Of a stretch of DNA of 64,000 bases, positions 10,077-20,375 are shown piece by piece. Each line of letters opens with the position of its first letter. Position 1 is the stretch's first letter. This stretch comes from an uncultured Candidatus Saccharibacteria bacterium. Its GTDB lineage: Bacteria > Patescibacteriota > Dojkabacteria > J137. Both the position numbers and the translations under genes were made by a program. Under the pieces are notes generated by a model. It saw only the letters and a program-made list of their open reading frames with translations, did not search any database and was not told where the DNA came from. The stretch spans positions 928,859-992,858 of the forward strand of contig OZ246402.1 in assembly GCA_965230975.1 (NCBI GenBank). The letters run 5' to 3'.

Positions 10077-10979
10077 TTATGAGTATAGCCTCAGTATATT
10101 TGAAACAGAATGTTTTTTAACGGTATTAACCGGGTAATTATCTTTTAGAAGATTAATTCTTTTCAAGTAGCTACTACTTTCTGGATTTTTATACAAAACT
10201 CCTGTAGCAATATGTTTAGTCATATCCAAGGCAATTCTTTTGGCTCTTTCTAAATCTGTACCATCATAATTATCTAACTTTTTAACATCTTTTACACGCT
10301 CTAAATACCACTCATGTGTTGTTTCTTTATTATAAGTTGGGCATGATTGCAAAATATCTACATAAGCAAAACCTTTTTCTTGCGCAATTATTGCAGATTT
10401 TATAATTTCAGTTAACTGATGGATGTTTCCACTAAACCCTCTTGCAACAAAACTTGGGTTTAAAGACAATGCTAGTTCTACCGGGTTTAAAGTTTCTGCA
10501 GTCGGGCCAAGCGGACTGGAATTTCTTTTTGCCCCCTGTGGTGTAGTTGCGGACGCTTGGCCCGTGGTAAGACCATAGTTCCCATTATTATGAACTAAAA
10601 AGGTTATGGGGTAATTGTTTCTAATGCTATTTATAAAGTGGTTTATTCCTTCTGAATACGCAGCTCCATCTCCAGATATTGCAATAACCTTAACATTAGG
10701 ATTCGCAATTTTTGCACCTTCAGCCAAAGGCAAAACTCTGCCATGCAAGGAATGAATTCTGTAACCTTTAATCTTATCACTCATATTCCCATTACAACCA
10801 ATATCAAAACAGAGCAGTACTTCATGAGGAGCAATATCAAGTTCTACCAAAGCACGTTTTAACGAAGCCCAAATTGCATAATCTCCACAACCACTACACC
10901 ATGTTGGCTGAACCTGAGAATAGTAGTCCGATATTTTGACTCTACCTTTTTCTAAATTGTAATTTGGACTACAGCTCAT
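10077..10979 (-). CDS. 2-oxoacid:ferredoxin oxidoreductase, beta (TPP-binding) subunit
   Basis: Cys-rich TPP/Fe-S region (CSGCGD...) and GDG TPP motif (ISGDGAAYSEG). Length 300 aa, abuts the alpha subunit gene. Confidence 0.85.
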   Translation of the reverse strand: MSCSPNYNLEKGRVKISDYYSQVQPTWCSGCGDYAIWASLKRALVELDIAPHEVLLCFDIGCNGNMSDKIKGYRIHSLHGRVLPLAEGAKIANPNVKVIAISGDGAAYSEGINHFINSIRNNYPITFLVHNNGNYGLTTGQASATTPQGAKRNSSPLGPTAETLNPVELALSLNPSFVARGFSGNIHQLTEIIKSAIIAQEKGFAYVDILQSCPTYNKETTHEWYLERVKDVKKLDNYDGTDLERAKRIALDMTKHIATGVLYKNPESSSYLKRINLLKDNYPVNTVKKHSVSNILRLYS

Positions 10980-10980
10980 A

Positions 10981-13212
10981 TTATATTTTTTGGGTTAAAG
11001 TTTTAAAAAATTCTTGATCCTCTTTGTAAGTTAATTTATTTAGTAATTCTTCATAGCTTACCCATTCCGCTTTTACTCTTTCTTCTTTAGGATTGAGTAG
11101 TTTTTCCGATGTTTCGAATAAAAACACCTCAATATTCTTAATTTTATTAGGATTATCTCCAGCTATTCTAGTTATAGTTCCCATACTTTTAATTAATCTA
11201 AGATCTTTAATACCTGTTTCCTCAAATATCTCTCTCTTAGCAGCTTCTAAATTAGTCTCTCCTTCTTCAACATGCCCCTTTGGAATTGTTACACTTGTAG
11301 AACTTTGACTTACTAGAATAAATTTACCCGCAGAATTTCTTACAAGTCCGCCTGCACTTTTGACCATAATCTTATCCGGACTAGTTAACTTAGATTTTAT
11401 TTGGTTTATCAAATCGTCTACAAAAAACGGTCTGCCGTCCCACTTCAAAATTTTATGTTTAATATTTAAACCCGTTTGCATTCTAATTAATTGAGCAAAT
11501 TGACCATTATGATTTGTTTCTATGATTATCGTATTTTCATCTACAAATTTTTCTAGTTCTTCTGTTTTTAAAGGCCAAATATATTTAAAGTGAAGGTTTT
11601 CTACACTAATATCTTCTTTTTCTAATTCCGACATTGCATCTTGCACAACTCCAAAATTGCTACCCCAAGATACAATCTTTATATTTTCTTTTCCATTTGC
11701 TTTGTTTTTATGAAATTCTGGTTTAGGTAATCTTGAAAGTAGTGTTTGCTCTTTTAATAATCTTTTTTGAATCATTTTAGATGCCATTTCAGCATCTTCT
11801 GTAACATTTCCCTCTTCATCATGTTCATCACTATTTGCATTAAAGTCTGCAGCTTTTGTACCAGGGAGCCATCTTTCAGATATGCCATCTTGTGTAAACT
11901 GATATCTATCAGAAGATAAAAGTTGAGACGCTTTATTGGTATCCAATATCAATTTACCTCTGGAAATTTGAATTTTATTTGTATCTAATTGAGGAACTTG
12001 ATAAATACTTTCAGCTACTAACTTATCTGTCAAAACAACTACTGGAATTTGGTATTCATCTGCAATGTTCATTGCCTCTTGAATCGCATAAAATGAATCT
12101 TGTGCATCTTTTACTGCAATTACACACCTGCTAAATTCTCCATGTCCTGAAAAAATGGATAGCATTAAATCGCCTTGAGTTGTCCAAGTAGGTAATCCTG
12201 TTGCAGGCCCAGGTCTTTGACCTAAAACAACTACAAATGGGACTTCTATCATGGCAGATAAACTTAAATGTTCTGTCATTAAATCAAAACCACCGCCCGA
12301 AGTTGCTGTTAAAGCTCGAGTTCCCATATGCATTGACCCTATTGCCATTGCAGCTGCTGTTATTTCATCTTCTGCCTGTTTTACTATAATTCCACTTTCT
12401 GGTGCATATTCTGACAAAACTGTCATTATAGAACTGGTTGGAGTCATTGGGTAAGAGTAAAAAATTCTTACTCCACTATTAATTGCTCCTAATGATATGG
12501 ATTCGTTTCCGGACATCAAGTAAGAATCGGTTTGGTGATAATGTGATGCAAACTTTATCATTTTCAAGTTGGCAAAATTTGAATAGTGTAGTTCAACCTT
12601 TTGTTCATCACTAACTTCAAGTGGTTTTAAAACTCTACGTGTTAAAGGCAAATTTAAATTGTACTTGTATTCAAATCCGATATTTGCGCAACTTAAATCT
12701 ATTTCCAATAATTTTGGCTTATCTTTAAAAGTATCTTTAACAATTTCGATTAGTTTTTTGTGTTCAAGCCCTAGCAAATTCCAAATTGAACCTAATAGAA
12801 CCATGTTAGCCGTTAGCTCGTTACCACCTTGTTCTTTGGATAATTGAAACCCCGGTATGTAAATTAATTTTGTATTTAAGTTTTTGAGTGATTGGTATTC
12901 AGAATCATTTATTCTTGGATTATCTATATCATGAATAATGTAGCTGTTAGGGTTAAGTTCATCTTGATGCCACTGTGTGCCTTGTTTATTTAAGACTACA
13001 AGCAGGTCTATTTTTTTGGTAGAAGATAGTACGGGACTATTTGAAATATCTATTTGATAGGTTGAATGACCTCCCTGAATCAAAGATGGATATTCTCTAT
13101 ACCCAAAAACATAATACCCGCTTCTTTTTAAGCCCTTGGCTAGCATTTCTCCAAGGACGTTTACCCCTTGCCCAGATCTACCTACTATTTTTAGTGAAAA
13201 TCGATTATGCAT
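10981..13212 (-). CDS. 2-oxoacid:ferredoxin oxidoreductase alpha subunit (gamma+alpha domains) fused to a C-terminal NUDIX hydrolase domain
   Basis: N-terminal GRSGQGV gamma-domain motif and YPMTPTSS alpha core. The last ~130 aa carry a canonical NUDIX box GHVEEGETNLEAAKREIFEETGI (about 11209-11277) in the same frame. Confidence 0.8.
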   Translation of the reverse strand: MHNRFSLKIVGRSGQGVNVLGEMLAKGLKRSGYYVFGYREYPSLIQGGHSTYQIDISNSPVLSSTKKIDLLVVLNKQGTQWHQDELNPNSYIIHDIDNPRINDSEYQSLKNLNTKLIYIPGFQLSKEQGGNELTANMVLLGSIWNLLGLEHKKLIEIVKDTFKDKPKLLEIDLSCANIGFEYKYNLNLPLTRRVLKPLEVSDEQKVELHYSNFANLKMIKFASHYHQTDSYLMSGNESISLGAINSGVRIFYSYPMTPTSSIMTVLSEYAPESGIIVKQAEDEITAAAMAIGSMHMGTRALTATSGGGFDLMTEHLSLSAMIEVPFVVVLGQRPGPATGLPTWTTQGDLMLSIFSGHGEFSRCVIAVKDAQDSFYAIQEAMNIADEYQIPVVVLTDKLVAESIYQVPQLDTNKIQISRGKLILDTNKASQLLSSDRYQFTQDGISERWLPGTKAADFNANSDEHDEEGNVTEDAEMASKMIQKRLLKEQTLLSRLPKPEFHKNKANGKENIKIVSWGSNFGVVQDAMSELEKEDISVENLHFKYIWPLKTEELEKFVDENTIIIETNHNGQFAQLIRMQTGLNIKHKILKWDGRPFFVDDLINQIKSKLTSPDKIMVKSAGGLVRNSAGKFILVSQSSTSVTIPKGHVEEGETNLEAAKREIFEETGIKDLRLIKSMGTITRIAGDNPNKIKNIEVFLFETSEKLLNPKEERVKAEWVSYEELLNKLTYKEDQEFFKTLTQKI

Positions 13213-13326
13213 TAACTATATTGACAATACTAAACTTAAAAACATTTAAAACTAGATCTGCGAAAAACGATGTGACATAACAAGGATATCAAAAGTAATT
13301 ATCTATAGGAAGCAGTATTATTTTAA

Positions 13327-14061
13327 CTAAATTGAATTATTTAAACCAAATCTTCTGGTTAAAATGTTTCTTAGCTTAAATATTAGAATTATCTTTTGTT
13401 TAATGTTTAAAAGCGGCAAGCCTAGAGATATTTGTTCGTGAATTATATTATTAGCATATCGGTTTAAAGTACTTACAAAATTACTGAGCTCTTGTTTAGG
13501 AGCCATTTTCATTTCTGTTCTTCGAGCAAAGTCTTCCAAAACTTCTCTAAAAGCAGAGTTAGTGATATCAATATTAAGAACCTCACCTCTTGATTGACGG
13601 TCAGATATGTAACCTTCATAGGTTATATTATCTTTAATTATATTTATTGGGTTTGCATTTATAGGTACATCAAACTGCTGAAATCTTTGATTAAAGTAAC
13701 CAATTAGCATTCTTTGAAATTGAAAGTATTTTGGATTTACCCCAATAAAGTCTACGAAAGTAAGTGCATCTTCCAAATCAACACCTGATAATTCCTCTAA
13801 TAGCTCTGAATAAACACTAAATGAATTACTTGGAAGAGCATACATTAATGCAGTATTTCTAGAATCTACATAAGCTCCAAAAGTTTTTTCTTTAGATTCT
13901 GTTGCTACATAAGAGTCTGTATCTCTTAGCAAATTTGCTAATTGGTTTGAACTAATTGACCAAACACCTTCCATGTCAAAAGAATCTTCTAGTTCTGCAA
14001 CTATGTTATTAACAAACGAAGTCGTGTCATTAGGATCACTTGGAGGTATGTTCCAGCTCAT
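13327..14061 (-). CDS. hypothetical protein (244 aa)
   Basis: Long ORF with ATG start. No motif recognised. Confidence 0.45.
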   Translation of the reverse strand: MSWNIPPSDPNDTTSFVNNIVAELEDSFDMEGVWSISSNQLANLLRDTDSYVATESKEKTFGAYVDSRNTALMYALPSNSFSVYSELLEELSGVDLEDALTFVDFIGVNPKYFQFQRMLIGYFNQRFQQFDVPINANPINIIKDNITYEGYISDRQSRGEVLNIDITNSAFREVLEDFARRTEMKMAPKQELSNFVSTLNRYANNIIHEQISLGLPLLNIKQKIILIFKLRNILTRRFGLNNSI

Positions 14062-14144
14062 TGAAAAAGTATAATTTTTAAAACATATTTCGTGTTAGAA
14101 TATCCGCACTTAACACAAAACCTTAGATATTATCATATTTTCGC

Positions 14145-15674
14145 ATGGCAAAAGCTAAAAAAGTAATTTTAACAATTATGGATGGATGGGGCCTAGCAGC
14201 ACCGGACAAATTTAACGCAATCGATAATGCAAAAACACCAAACTTTGACAAATTAATATCAGAATACCCAAATACAAGACTAAAATCAGATGGAGAAGCA
14301 GTTGGCTTGCCAGAAGGACAATTTGGTACATCAGAAGTTAACCACATGACAATAGGTGCAGGTAGAGTAATATTTCAAGACTTACCAAAGATTAGTAGAG
14401 CCATAACAGATGGAAGTTTTTATACTAATCAAACTCTAGTTGAATCTGTAGATCATGCAATTAAAAATAAAGGCAACTTTCATGTAGTTGGGATTTTAAG
14501 TGATGGAGGAATTCACACAACAACAGAGCATATTTTCGCACTCCTAGAGTTATTAAATAAAACTAAATTCCAAAACAATATCTACTTTCACGTATTCACA
14601 GATGGAAGAGATGCACCTCCAAAGTCAGCAGGTAAGTATTTAGCTGAATTAGATGAAAAGATAAAAGAATATTCTGATTTGAAAATCTCTATAGCAACAA
14701 TTCAAGGTAGATTTTATTTAGATAGGGATAGAGATTGGGCAAAAACAGAGAAAGCTTTTGATTTAATGGCAAATGGCAAAGGTAAAAAATTTAGTAACTG
14801 GCAAGCAGTAGTAAACTACGAATACAACCATAATCAAACAGACGAATTTTTTGACCACTATGTTTTAAACGAAGAAGGCAAAATCAAAGCAAATGACACT
14901 GTTATATTTACTCATTACCGAACAGATAGACTGTATCAAATTGTAACTAGACTCATTAAAGAACAGTTAAGTAATTTAAGGGTTGTAACTTTCATTAATG
15001 TGTCAGAAGAACTAAGCGATGTAAAAATAGCGTTTCCAAGAGAAAAGATTGTAAATACTTTGGCGGATGTACTTTCTGCAGAAGAGAAAACGCAACTACA
15101 TATTACTGAAACAGAGAAATTTGCACACCTAACATTCTTTTTAAATGGTGAAAAAGAAAAAGAATTACCAATGGAAACTTGGGAGATGTTGCAATCCAAT
15201 AGATATGTAAAGCCATTTTACAACTTTGAACCAAGCATGAGGAATTTTGACATTACTTCAAAAGTTGTAGAGGCTATTAATTCAGATAAATATGATTTTA
15301 TTATTTTGAATCTTTCCAGCCCAGATATGGTTGGACATACAGGTAACTACGAAGCTGCAATTATTTCTGCCGAGTCTGTAGATTACTGTTTGGGTAAGAT
15401 TAACGAGGCTGTTCAAGCAAAAATCGATGACTATGCTTGGATTATTACCGCAGATCATGGTAATTCTGACATTATGTGGGATTATGAGAATAACCAACCC
15501 CATACTCAACATACAACATCTCAAGTTCCATTTATTTTAGTGTCGAATTTAGATGTAACGTTACACAGAAGAGACACATTAGCAGATGTAGCCCCAACAG
15601 TATTAGACTTAATGCAAATTGAAAAGCCACTAGAAATGAGTGGTGAATCTTTAGTAATTAAAAATATAGCTTAG
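14145..15674 (+). CDS. gpmI: 2,3-bisphosphoglycerate-independent phosphoglycerate mutase (GpmI), copy 1
   Basis: Length 509 aa. N-terminal IMDGWG, the catalytic Ser region (GTSEVNHM) and a C-terminal metal-binding TADHGN motif are present. Confidence 0.9.
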   Translation: MAKAKKVILTIMDGWGLAAPDKFNAIDNAKTPNFDKLISEYPNTRLKSDGEAVGLPEGQFGTSEVNHMTIGAGRVIFQDLPKISRAITDGSFYTNQTLVESVDHAIKNKGNFHVVGILSDGGIHTTTEHIFALLELLNKTKFQNNIYFHVFTDGRDAPPKSAGKYLAELDEKIKEYSDLKISIATIQGRFYLDRDRDWAKTEKAFDLMANGKGKKFSNWQAVVNYEYNHNQTDEFFDHYVLNEEGKIKANDTVIFTHYRTDRLYQIVTRLIKEQLSNLRVVTFINVSEELSDVKIAFPREKIVNTLADVLSAEEKTQLHITETEKFAHLTFFLNGEKEKELPMETWEMLQSNRYVKPFYNFEPSMRNFDITSKVVEAINSDKYDFIILNLSSPDMVGHTGNYEAAIISAESVDYCLGKINEAVQAKIDDYAWIITADHGNSDIMWDYENNQPHTQHTTSQVPFILVSNLDVTLHRRDTLADVAPTVLDLMQIEKPLEMSGESLVIKNIA

Positions 15675-16180
15675 TGTATTTTTAAACTTATTACAAAGTT
15701 ACTTTGTAAGTAATAATTGACTTCAACTTTTGCACCTTCTGCAATATTGTCGTACATCTCTGCACTTACGTCATACTTTTGATTATCTTCTGAATGAATG
15801 TAGTAAGTAGCAGACTCTTTCTTATTAAAAATATCGTATCTTGCTTTACTAAATACTATACTTTTTTCTTTAACCAAAAAATTTATAGTCTTAATCTCTT
15901 GATTTAATTTACCTGAGTATTGATTTACTGATTTATTAAAACTATACGCAAAAAAAGCTATAGCAAAAAATATTAATGAAAGTACAATACAACAAATTAG
16001 CAGAAACATCAGTAATGCAACATTCGCAGAGTATGAGTTACTTAAAGATAAAAACAACTGGCCAAGTGTTATAAATCCTCCACAAAAAACTCCTATGGGG
16101 ATAAATATTAGATAAACCCAAAACATCACATGATTTCTAATTCTTTCATTATAGTAATTTCTATAGAATGTTTTTTGCAT
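15671..16180 (-). CDS. hypothetical membrane protein (169 aa)
   Basis: Two N-terminal TM helices. Overlaps the gpmI stop by 4 nt. Confidence 0.4.
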   Translation of the reverse strand: MQKTFYRNYYNERIRNHVMFWVYLIFIPIGVFCGGFITLGQLFLSLSNSYSANVALLMFLLICCIVLSLIFFAIAFFAYSFNKSVNQYSGKLNQEIKTINFLVKEKSIVFSKARYDIFNKKESATYYIHSEDNQKYDVSAEMYDNIAEGAKVEVNYYLQSNFVISLKIH

Positions 16181-16181
16181 A

Positions 16182-16559
16182 TTATTTGTTGTAATGGCTT
16201 TTAAAACTATTGTAGAAAGCTAAGATCAAGGAGTATGCTGACCCAATAAATAGGAAAGCTATTAATGCTAATCCAAAATAATTCTGTTGAGTTAAGAATG
16301 TTATAAATAAAATTGTTAACACGCTAAATATTACGAATATGCTTATAAACATTACTAAAAAAAATATAATGGCTTTTATATCACCTTTTAGTGCTTGAGA
16401 TATAATAATGTAGATATCTCCTTCACCTTCTAATCGATACTGCACAGATTTCCCGGTAAAAAAGTTTAGTTTTAAAGGTCTTTTTACAGAGAAAGTTCCT
16501 TCATAGGTGGCTTTTGTGAATTCCATTTTGATATTCTCAGTATTTTCTATGTCTTGCAT
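16182..16559 (-). CDS. hypothetical membrane protein (125 aa)
   Basis: Two C-terminal TM helices, in tandem with the preceding membrane ORF. Confidence 0.35.
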   Translation of the reverse strand: MQDIENTENIKMEFTKATYEGTFSVKRPLKLNFFTGKSVQYRLEGEGDIYIIISQALKGDIKAIIFFLVMFISIFVIFSVLTILFITFLTQQNYFGLALIAFLFIGSAYSLILAFYNSFKSHYNK

Positions 16560-16620
16560 AAAGGAATTATACTAGTTTTTAAATATATGTGTAAGTATGT
16601 AAGTTTCTCGAACTATTTAC

Positions 16621-17592
16621 TTGCATGACTTTAAACACAATTTTGGAGATGTTATAATTCGAAATATTCTTTTTCTTAATACTATGAGTAGCACTCCTGA
16701 TATACCACGAGATCCAATGACTGATACTGAACAAGCAGGTAGTCAAGCACCTTTGACAGAGTTTTCTTCAGATGTTTTTGACCAACTAAATTACACTGAT
16801 TTTGTAACAAGTATTAGTAAATTATTTAAGAGAGTTTTTCCAACTAAACCTGATGACGAAATACAGGTGATCTCAAATGAATGGCTAGATAAATTTAGAA
16901 CTACTAAAACAAAAGATGGGAAATTTGATGTATTTACTTCATTAGGACTATTGTTAGGATATATTTACGAAAATTCAAGTCTTTCTAGTAAACCAAGCCC
17001 TAAAGCTCATGATGCAGTATTTATAAGACAGGTTAATGAAAGTGCAGCCAGAATGACTGTAAGTGAGTCTTTTCAATTTACAATGCTTTGTATAGGAATG
17101 CTACCAAATATATACCCATCTACTACCACAGATGAAAAAATTATTTCTAAAGCTTTAACACTTACTGGATTAATTGGAACAACTACATTATTCAGTGTAG
17201 GTATTTTAGGAGAAGTTCTCTCTAATATTGGAGATAGAGTATCAGAAGCACAAACTGAAGCTACACAAGCTTTAGAAAGCCAAAAACAAAGAGTAGAAAG
17301 CATGGTAAGAGATGCATTAAAAACTTTTAATACAATAATTAACGAAGTTTATTCGCTTAATTTAAAGCAACAACCTCAAGGAGTAGAAACAGCAATTGAA
17401 TTTTTAAGAAATGCAACAAATCAAATCAACCAAATTAACGCTAAAAACTATACTGATATTGCAAAACTCAAATCCGATTATCTAAATATTTTGTCCAAAC
17501 TACCTGAACGCCTTTCTAGCGATTACAAAGTTCAAGGGCTCAATCAAAGATGGAAATCCCAAATTGCTTCCATAAGCAAGGCTTTGATTTAA
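16621..17592 (+). CDS. hypothetical protein (323 aa)
   Basis: Long ORF. An alternative ATG at about 16684 (MSSTPDIP...) is possible. No motif recognised. Confidence 0.45.
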   Translation: MHDFKHNFGDVIIRNILFLNTMSSTPDIPRDPMTDTEQAGSQAPLTEFSSDVFDQLNYTDFVTSISKLFKRVFPTKPDDEIQVISNEWLDKFRTTKTKDGKFDVFTSLGLLLGYIYENSSLSSKPSPKAHDAVFIRQVNESAARMTVSESFQFTMLCIGMLPNIYPSTTTDEKIISKALTLTGLIGTTTLFSVGILGEVLSNIGDRVSEAQTEATQALESQKQRVESMVRDALKTFNTIINEVYSLNLKQQPQGVETAIEFLRNATNQINQINAKNYTDIAKLKSDYLNILSKLPERLSSDYKVQGLNQRWKSQIASISKALI

Positions 17593-17770
17593 ATTAGGAA
17601 TTATTATTTTAATCTTTTTAGTTAACATCTATTTCTTAGATGCAACAATATCCCCATTGCATTTAAACCTCCTTAGAGCTAGGATACGCCGTCTGTAATC
17701 CAGAGATTTAAATCCTACGCCATATTAGCTTCTAGCGGTCTCTCTACATTTAATCTCCGAGTGAAATTTA

Positions 17771-18961
17771 TTGAAATATGGTTTAATATATAAACATTTA
17801 GAAAAATCTATGAGTGATATTATTAGTTCCGATTTGGAGACTGCAATCTCCATTAACGACCACAATCAAGCTGAATCTATCGATTTTGATAAATTCACCT
17901 TACCGATCAATAACTTGCTAATATCAAGCCCTAATAGAGATTCAGTAACTCATCCAATTCCGGACAGTTTAGATAATGATATGCAAGCAGAATTGGTAGA
18001 TAAGCTTCTGATTAAAGAACTATTAAAATTTTTTAAACAAGCAAAGGAGAATGCAAATGCTTTTAATGGAATTAAACGTAATGCAGATGGGAAATATACA
18101 ACAAATAGAGACTTTTATGGTTATCAAGAACTTTATATGCCAACTGAAAACTCTGTTTTTACAGATGAAAAGCTTAAAACTAAACAAGAAGAAACAGCTG
18201 GTTTAGTTGAAGTCATACAAAATATTGAGCATCAGTTTTACATAATTGATCTTGTGGCATACAAGCAGGCTATCGACAAAATTGCACAAGCAATTATTTC
18301 TGACTTAGAAACTGGGAAAAATGTGGCAATATACGTGAATGCAAATGCGGGATTAGCAGATTTAAACAGCCACAGTTATGTTTCTTATTTAGTTTATCAA
18401 AAGATATTAGGATTATTACAACAAATGGGTAAATCTGAATTAGCAAATAGACTAAAAGTTACTAATGTACCCGGTAACTATCAATCGATATTTGTATTAG
18501 ATGACTTTGTAATAAGTGGCAGAAAAATAGCGGAATTATATGACTCTGCAAAAGAACGTATGGGTGATAATGATATTAAAGTAATGACAATTGCCTCGAA
18601 AGGAGTTCAAAATGTATCCCAAACCAATGTAATTGTTAACAGTGTATACACTTTTCCTTCTGGAGCTTTTTTTACATCTACGACATCTGATTGTGATTAC
18701 ACAGTATCTGGAAATACAGATATTCAAAACATGGTTGATTCTGTTGAATCTATTCCAGAATTATATGTTAGACATTTAAATAGAAGTAACAACGATACAA
18801 TTATTGATAATATTCCTCTAGTAAAGAATGCTCCTGCTATTCCAAAAGTTATGCGTATAGATAAAGCGCAAATTAAACCTTACAGAACAAATAAAGTAGT
18901 GATACAAAGATTACGTCAATTTTATAGTACTAGATTAAGAGATTATTCCGCTCAGAACTAG
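17771..18961 (+). CDS. hypothetical protein (396 aa)
   Basis: Long ORF. The track start is TTG; the first ATG is at 17810. No motif recognised. Confidence 0.45.
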   Translation: MKYGLIYKHLEKSMSDIISSDLETAISINDHNQAESIDFDKFTLPINNLLISSPNRDSVTHPIPDSLDNDMQAELVDKLLIKELLKFFKQAKENANAFNGIKRNADGKYTTNRDFYGYQELYMPTENSVFTDEKLKTKQEETAGLVEVIQNIEHQFYIIDLVAYKQAIDKIAQAIISDLETGKNVAIYVNANAGLADLNSHSYVSYLVYQKILGLLQQMGKSELANRLKVTNVPGNYQSIFVLDDFVISGRKIAELYDSAKERMGDNDIKVMTIASKGVQNVSQTNVIVNSVYTFPSGAFFTSTTSDCDYTVSGNTDIQNMVDSVESIPELYVRHLNRSNNDTIIDNIPLVKNAPAIPKVMRIDKAQIKPYRTNKVVIQRLRQFYSTRLRDYSAQN

Positions 18962-18963
18962 TA

Positions 18964-19362
18964 TCACCCTTCGCTAAACAACCTCTCAACCTCACTAATC
19001 ACCTTGGCATAGTGTTCTTTATCCTCGGGGAAGGCTTTGCTTAGTATGTGAAAATGACCATTGTCCTCAATTAACCAAGTATCATTACCAATCTTTAAAT
19101 ACCTAATTTCTAATTTGTTTTCCATAACGTATCGAAGCATTATATAAACTCCTATAGCATGTACATAATAACCATCACTACGAATAATCATTACCTCGTT
19201 ATACGGGTCTTCTTCTGTCCCAGAACCAACAGCATTTACACTAAACCCGTGTATTGGGTCTGTGTAACGTTGATATCTTTTTTCCATCTCATAACCATGT
19301 GATCCAATTGGAAATAAATCGGGAGAACCACTATAAGATCTTTGTATACTATTATCTGGCAT
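18964..19362 (-). CDS. hypothetical protein (132 aa)
   Basis: ORF with ATG start. No motif recognised. Confidence 0.4.
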   Translation of the reverse strand: MPDNSIQRSYSGSPDLFPIGSHGYEMEKRYQRYTDPIHGFSVNAVGSGTEEDPYNEVMIIRSDGYYVHAIGVYIMLRYVMENKLEIRYLKIGNDTWLIEDNGHFHILSKAFPEDKEHYAKVISEVERLFSEG

Positions 19363-19469
19363 ATAACTTTAATATTTTAAATTAGTGTGTCTTCAATATT
19401 AGCATACAATAGCCAAATACAGGATTTTATTAAGTTACTATTTATTGTCATCATGATATAATCTTTATT

Positions 19470-20171
19470 ATGAACAATTTAGATTTTGCTTGGAACCAAC
19501 CACAAGACAATATTTTAATAGAAAGATTTCATACTTTTTTTGAGGTTAAACCCGAATACCAACATTTAATAACGGATAGTGCGATAGTGGAAACTTTCCA
19601 TAACATTTATCAGGAATTTGAAGAATCAGAATACAGCGTTCAGTGGTTCATCGATATGGCAAAAAGAATTAGAAATACTACTGTAAGAGAGGAAAGAGAT
19701 CACTTAATAAAAGAATTTAAAAATGCAAGAGATCAGTTTCTTTTTAGTTTACCAATTCTAGATTTTATTGAAGAGCTTTATCAACCTTTATTAAAATCAC
19801 TTAGGAATAGAAGGCTCCACTTGGAAGATGCCATACGATTTAAAGGAGATGAAGCAGGGATAATGCGATTTGAAGATCATCATATACTTTACTTTCTAAC
19901 ACCAAACTTAGCAGGGTTAGTAGATTCTGCTGCAGCCGAAATCGGATTAGAAAAGGATGAGATTAATAATAATATGAGTGCTACAGAAATTATTGAATAC
20001 CTCAAATATTTTAAAAATACCCAAGGTGTTGTAAAGCATAACCCGCACTACAACCTTTTTGATGATTTAGTTGCAGATGAACAAAACACTGCAATGATGG
20101 AAGGTTTTGCACAAGAATATCACCAAACAATAGACGTAATAAGCCCTGATTTTTCAATAGCCGAATCTTAA
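19470..20171 (+). CDS. hypothetical protein (233 aa)
   Basis: ORF with ATG start. No motif recognised. Confidence 0.45.
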   Translation: MNNLDFAWNQPQDNILIERFHTFFEVKPEYQHLITDSAIVETFHNIYQEFEESEYSVQWFIDMAKRIRNTTVREERDHLIKEFKNARDQFLFSLPILDFIEELYQPLLKSLRNRRLHLEDAIRFKGDEAGIMRFEDHHILYFLTPNLAGLVDSAAAEIGLEKDEINNNMSATEIIEYLKYFKNTQGVVKHNPHYNLFDDLVADEQNTAMMEGFAQEYHQTIDVISPDFSIAES

Positions 20172-20375
20172 GCCCGCCTCACTCAATTGATTTTAAACCC
20201 TTTCAGAGTTACAATATTCGGGTCACAGCCGACCCACCAACGAGATTCAAAATTGGCAACAATTTTAGTCAATTGTCCCGCTAAGAGCCGACTCCCTAAT
20301 TTTTTAGTATTATATATCTGAACATAGATTTTCTATTAACCAGATTTAACTATCAATATTTTTTAAATACTTTTT

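Noticed and set aside
17640-17720. Possible tRNA-like or structured RNA in the 16621-17771 intergenic region (GATTTAAATCC palindrome)
   Set aside because: I could not fold a cloverleaf or any consistent stem set, and there are no T-loop or anticodon features.
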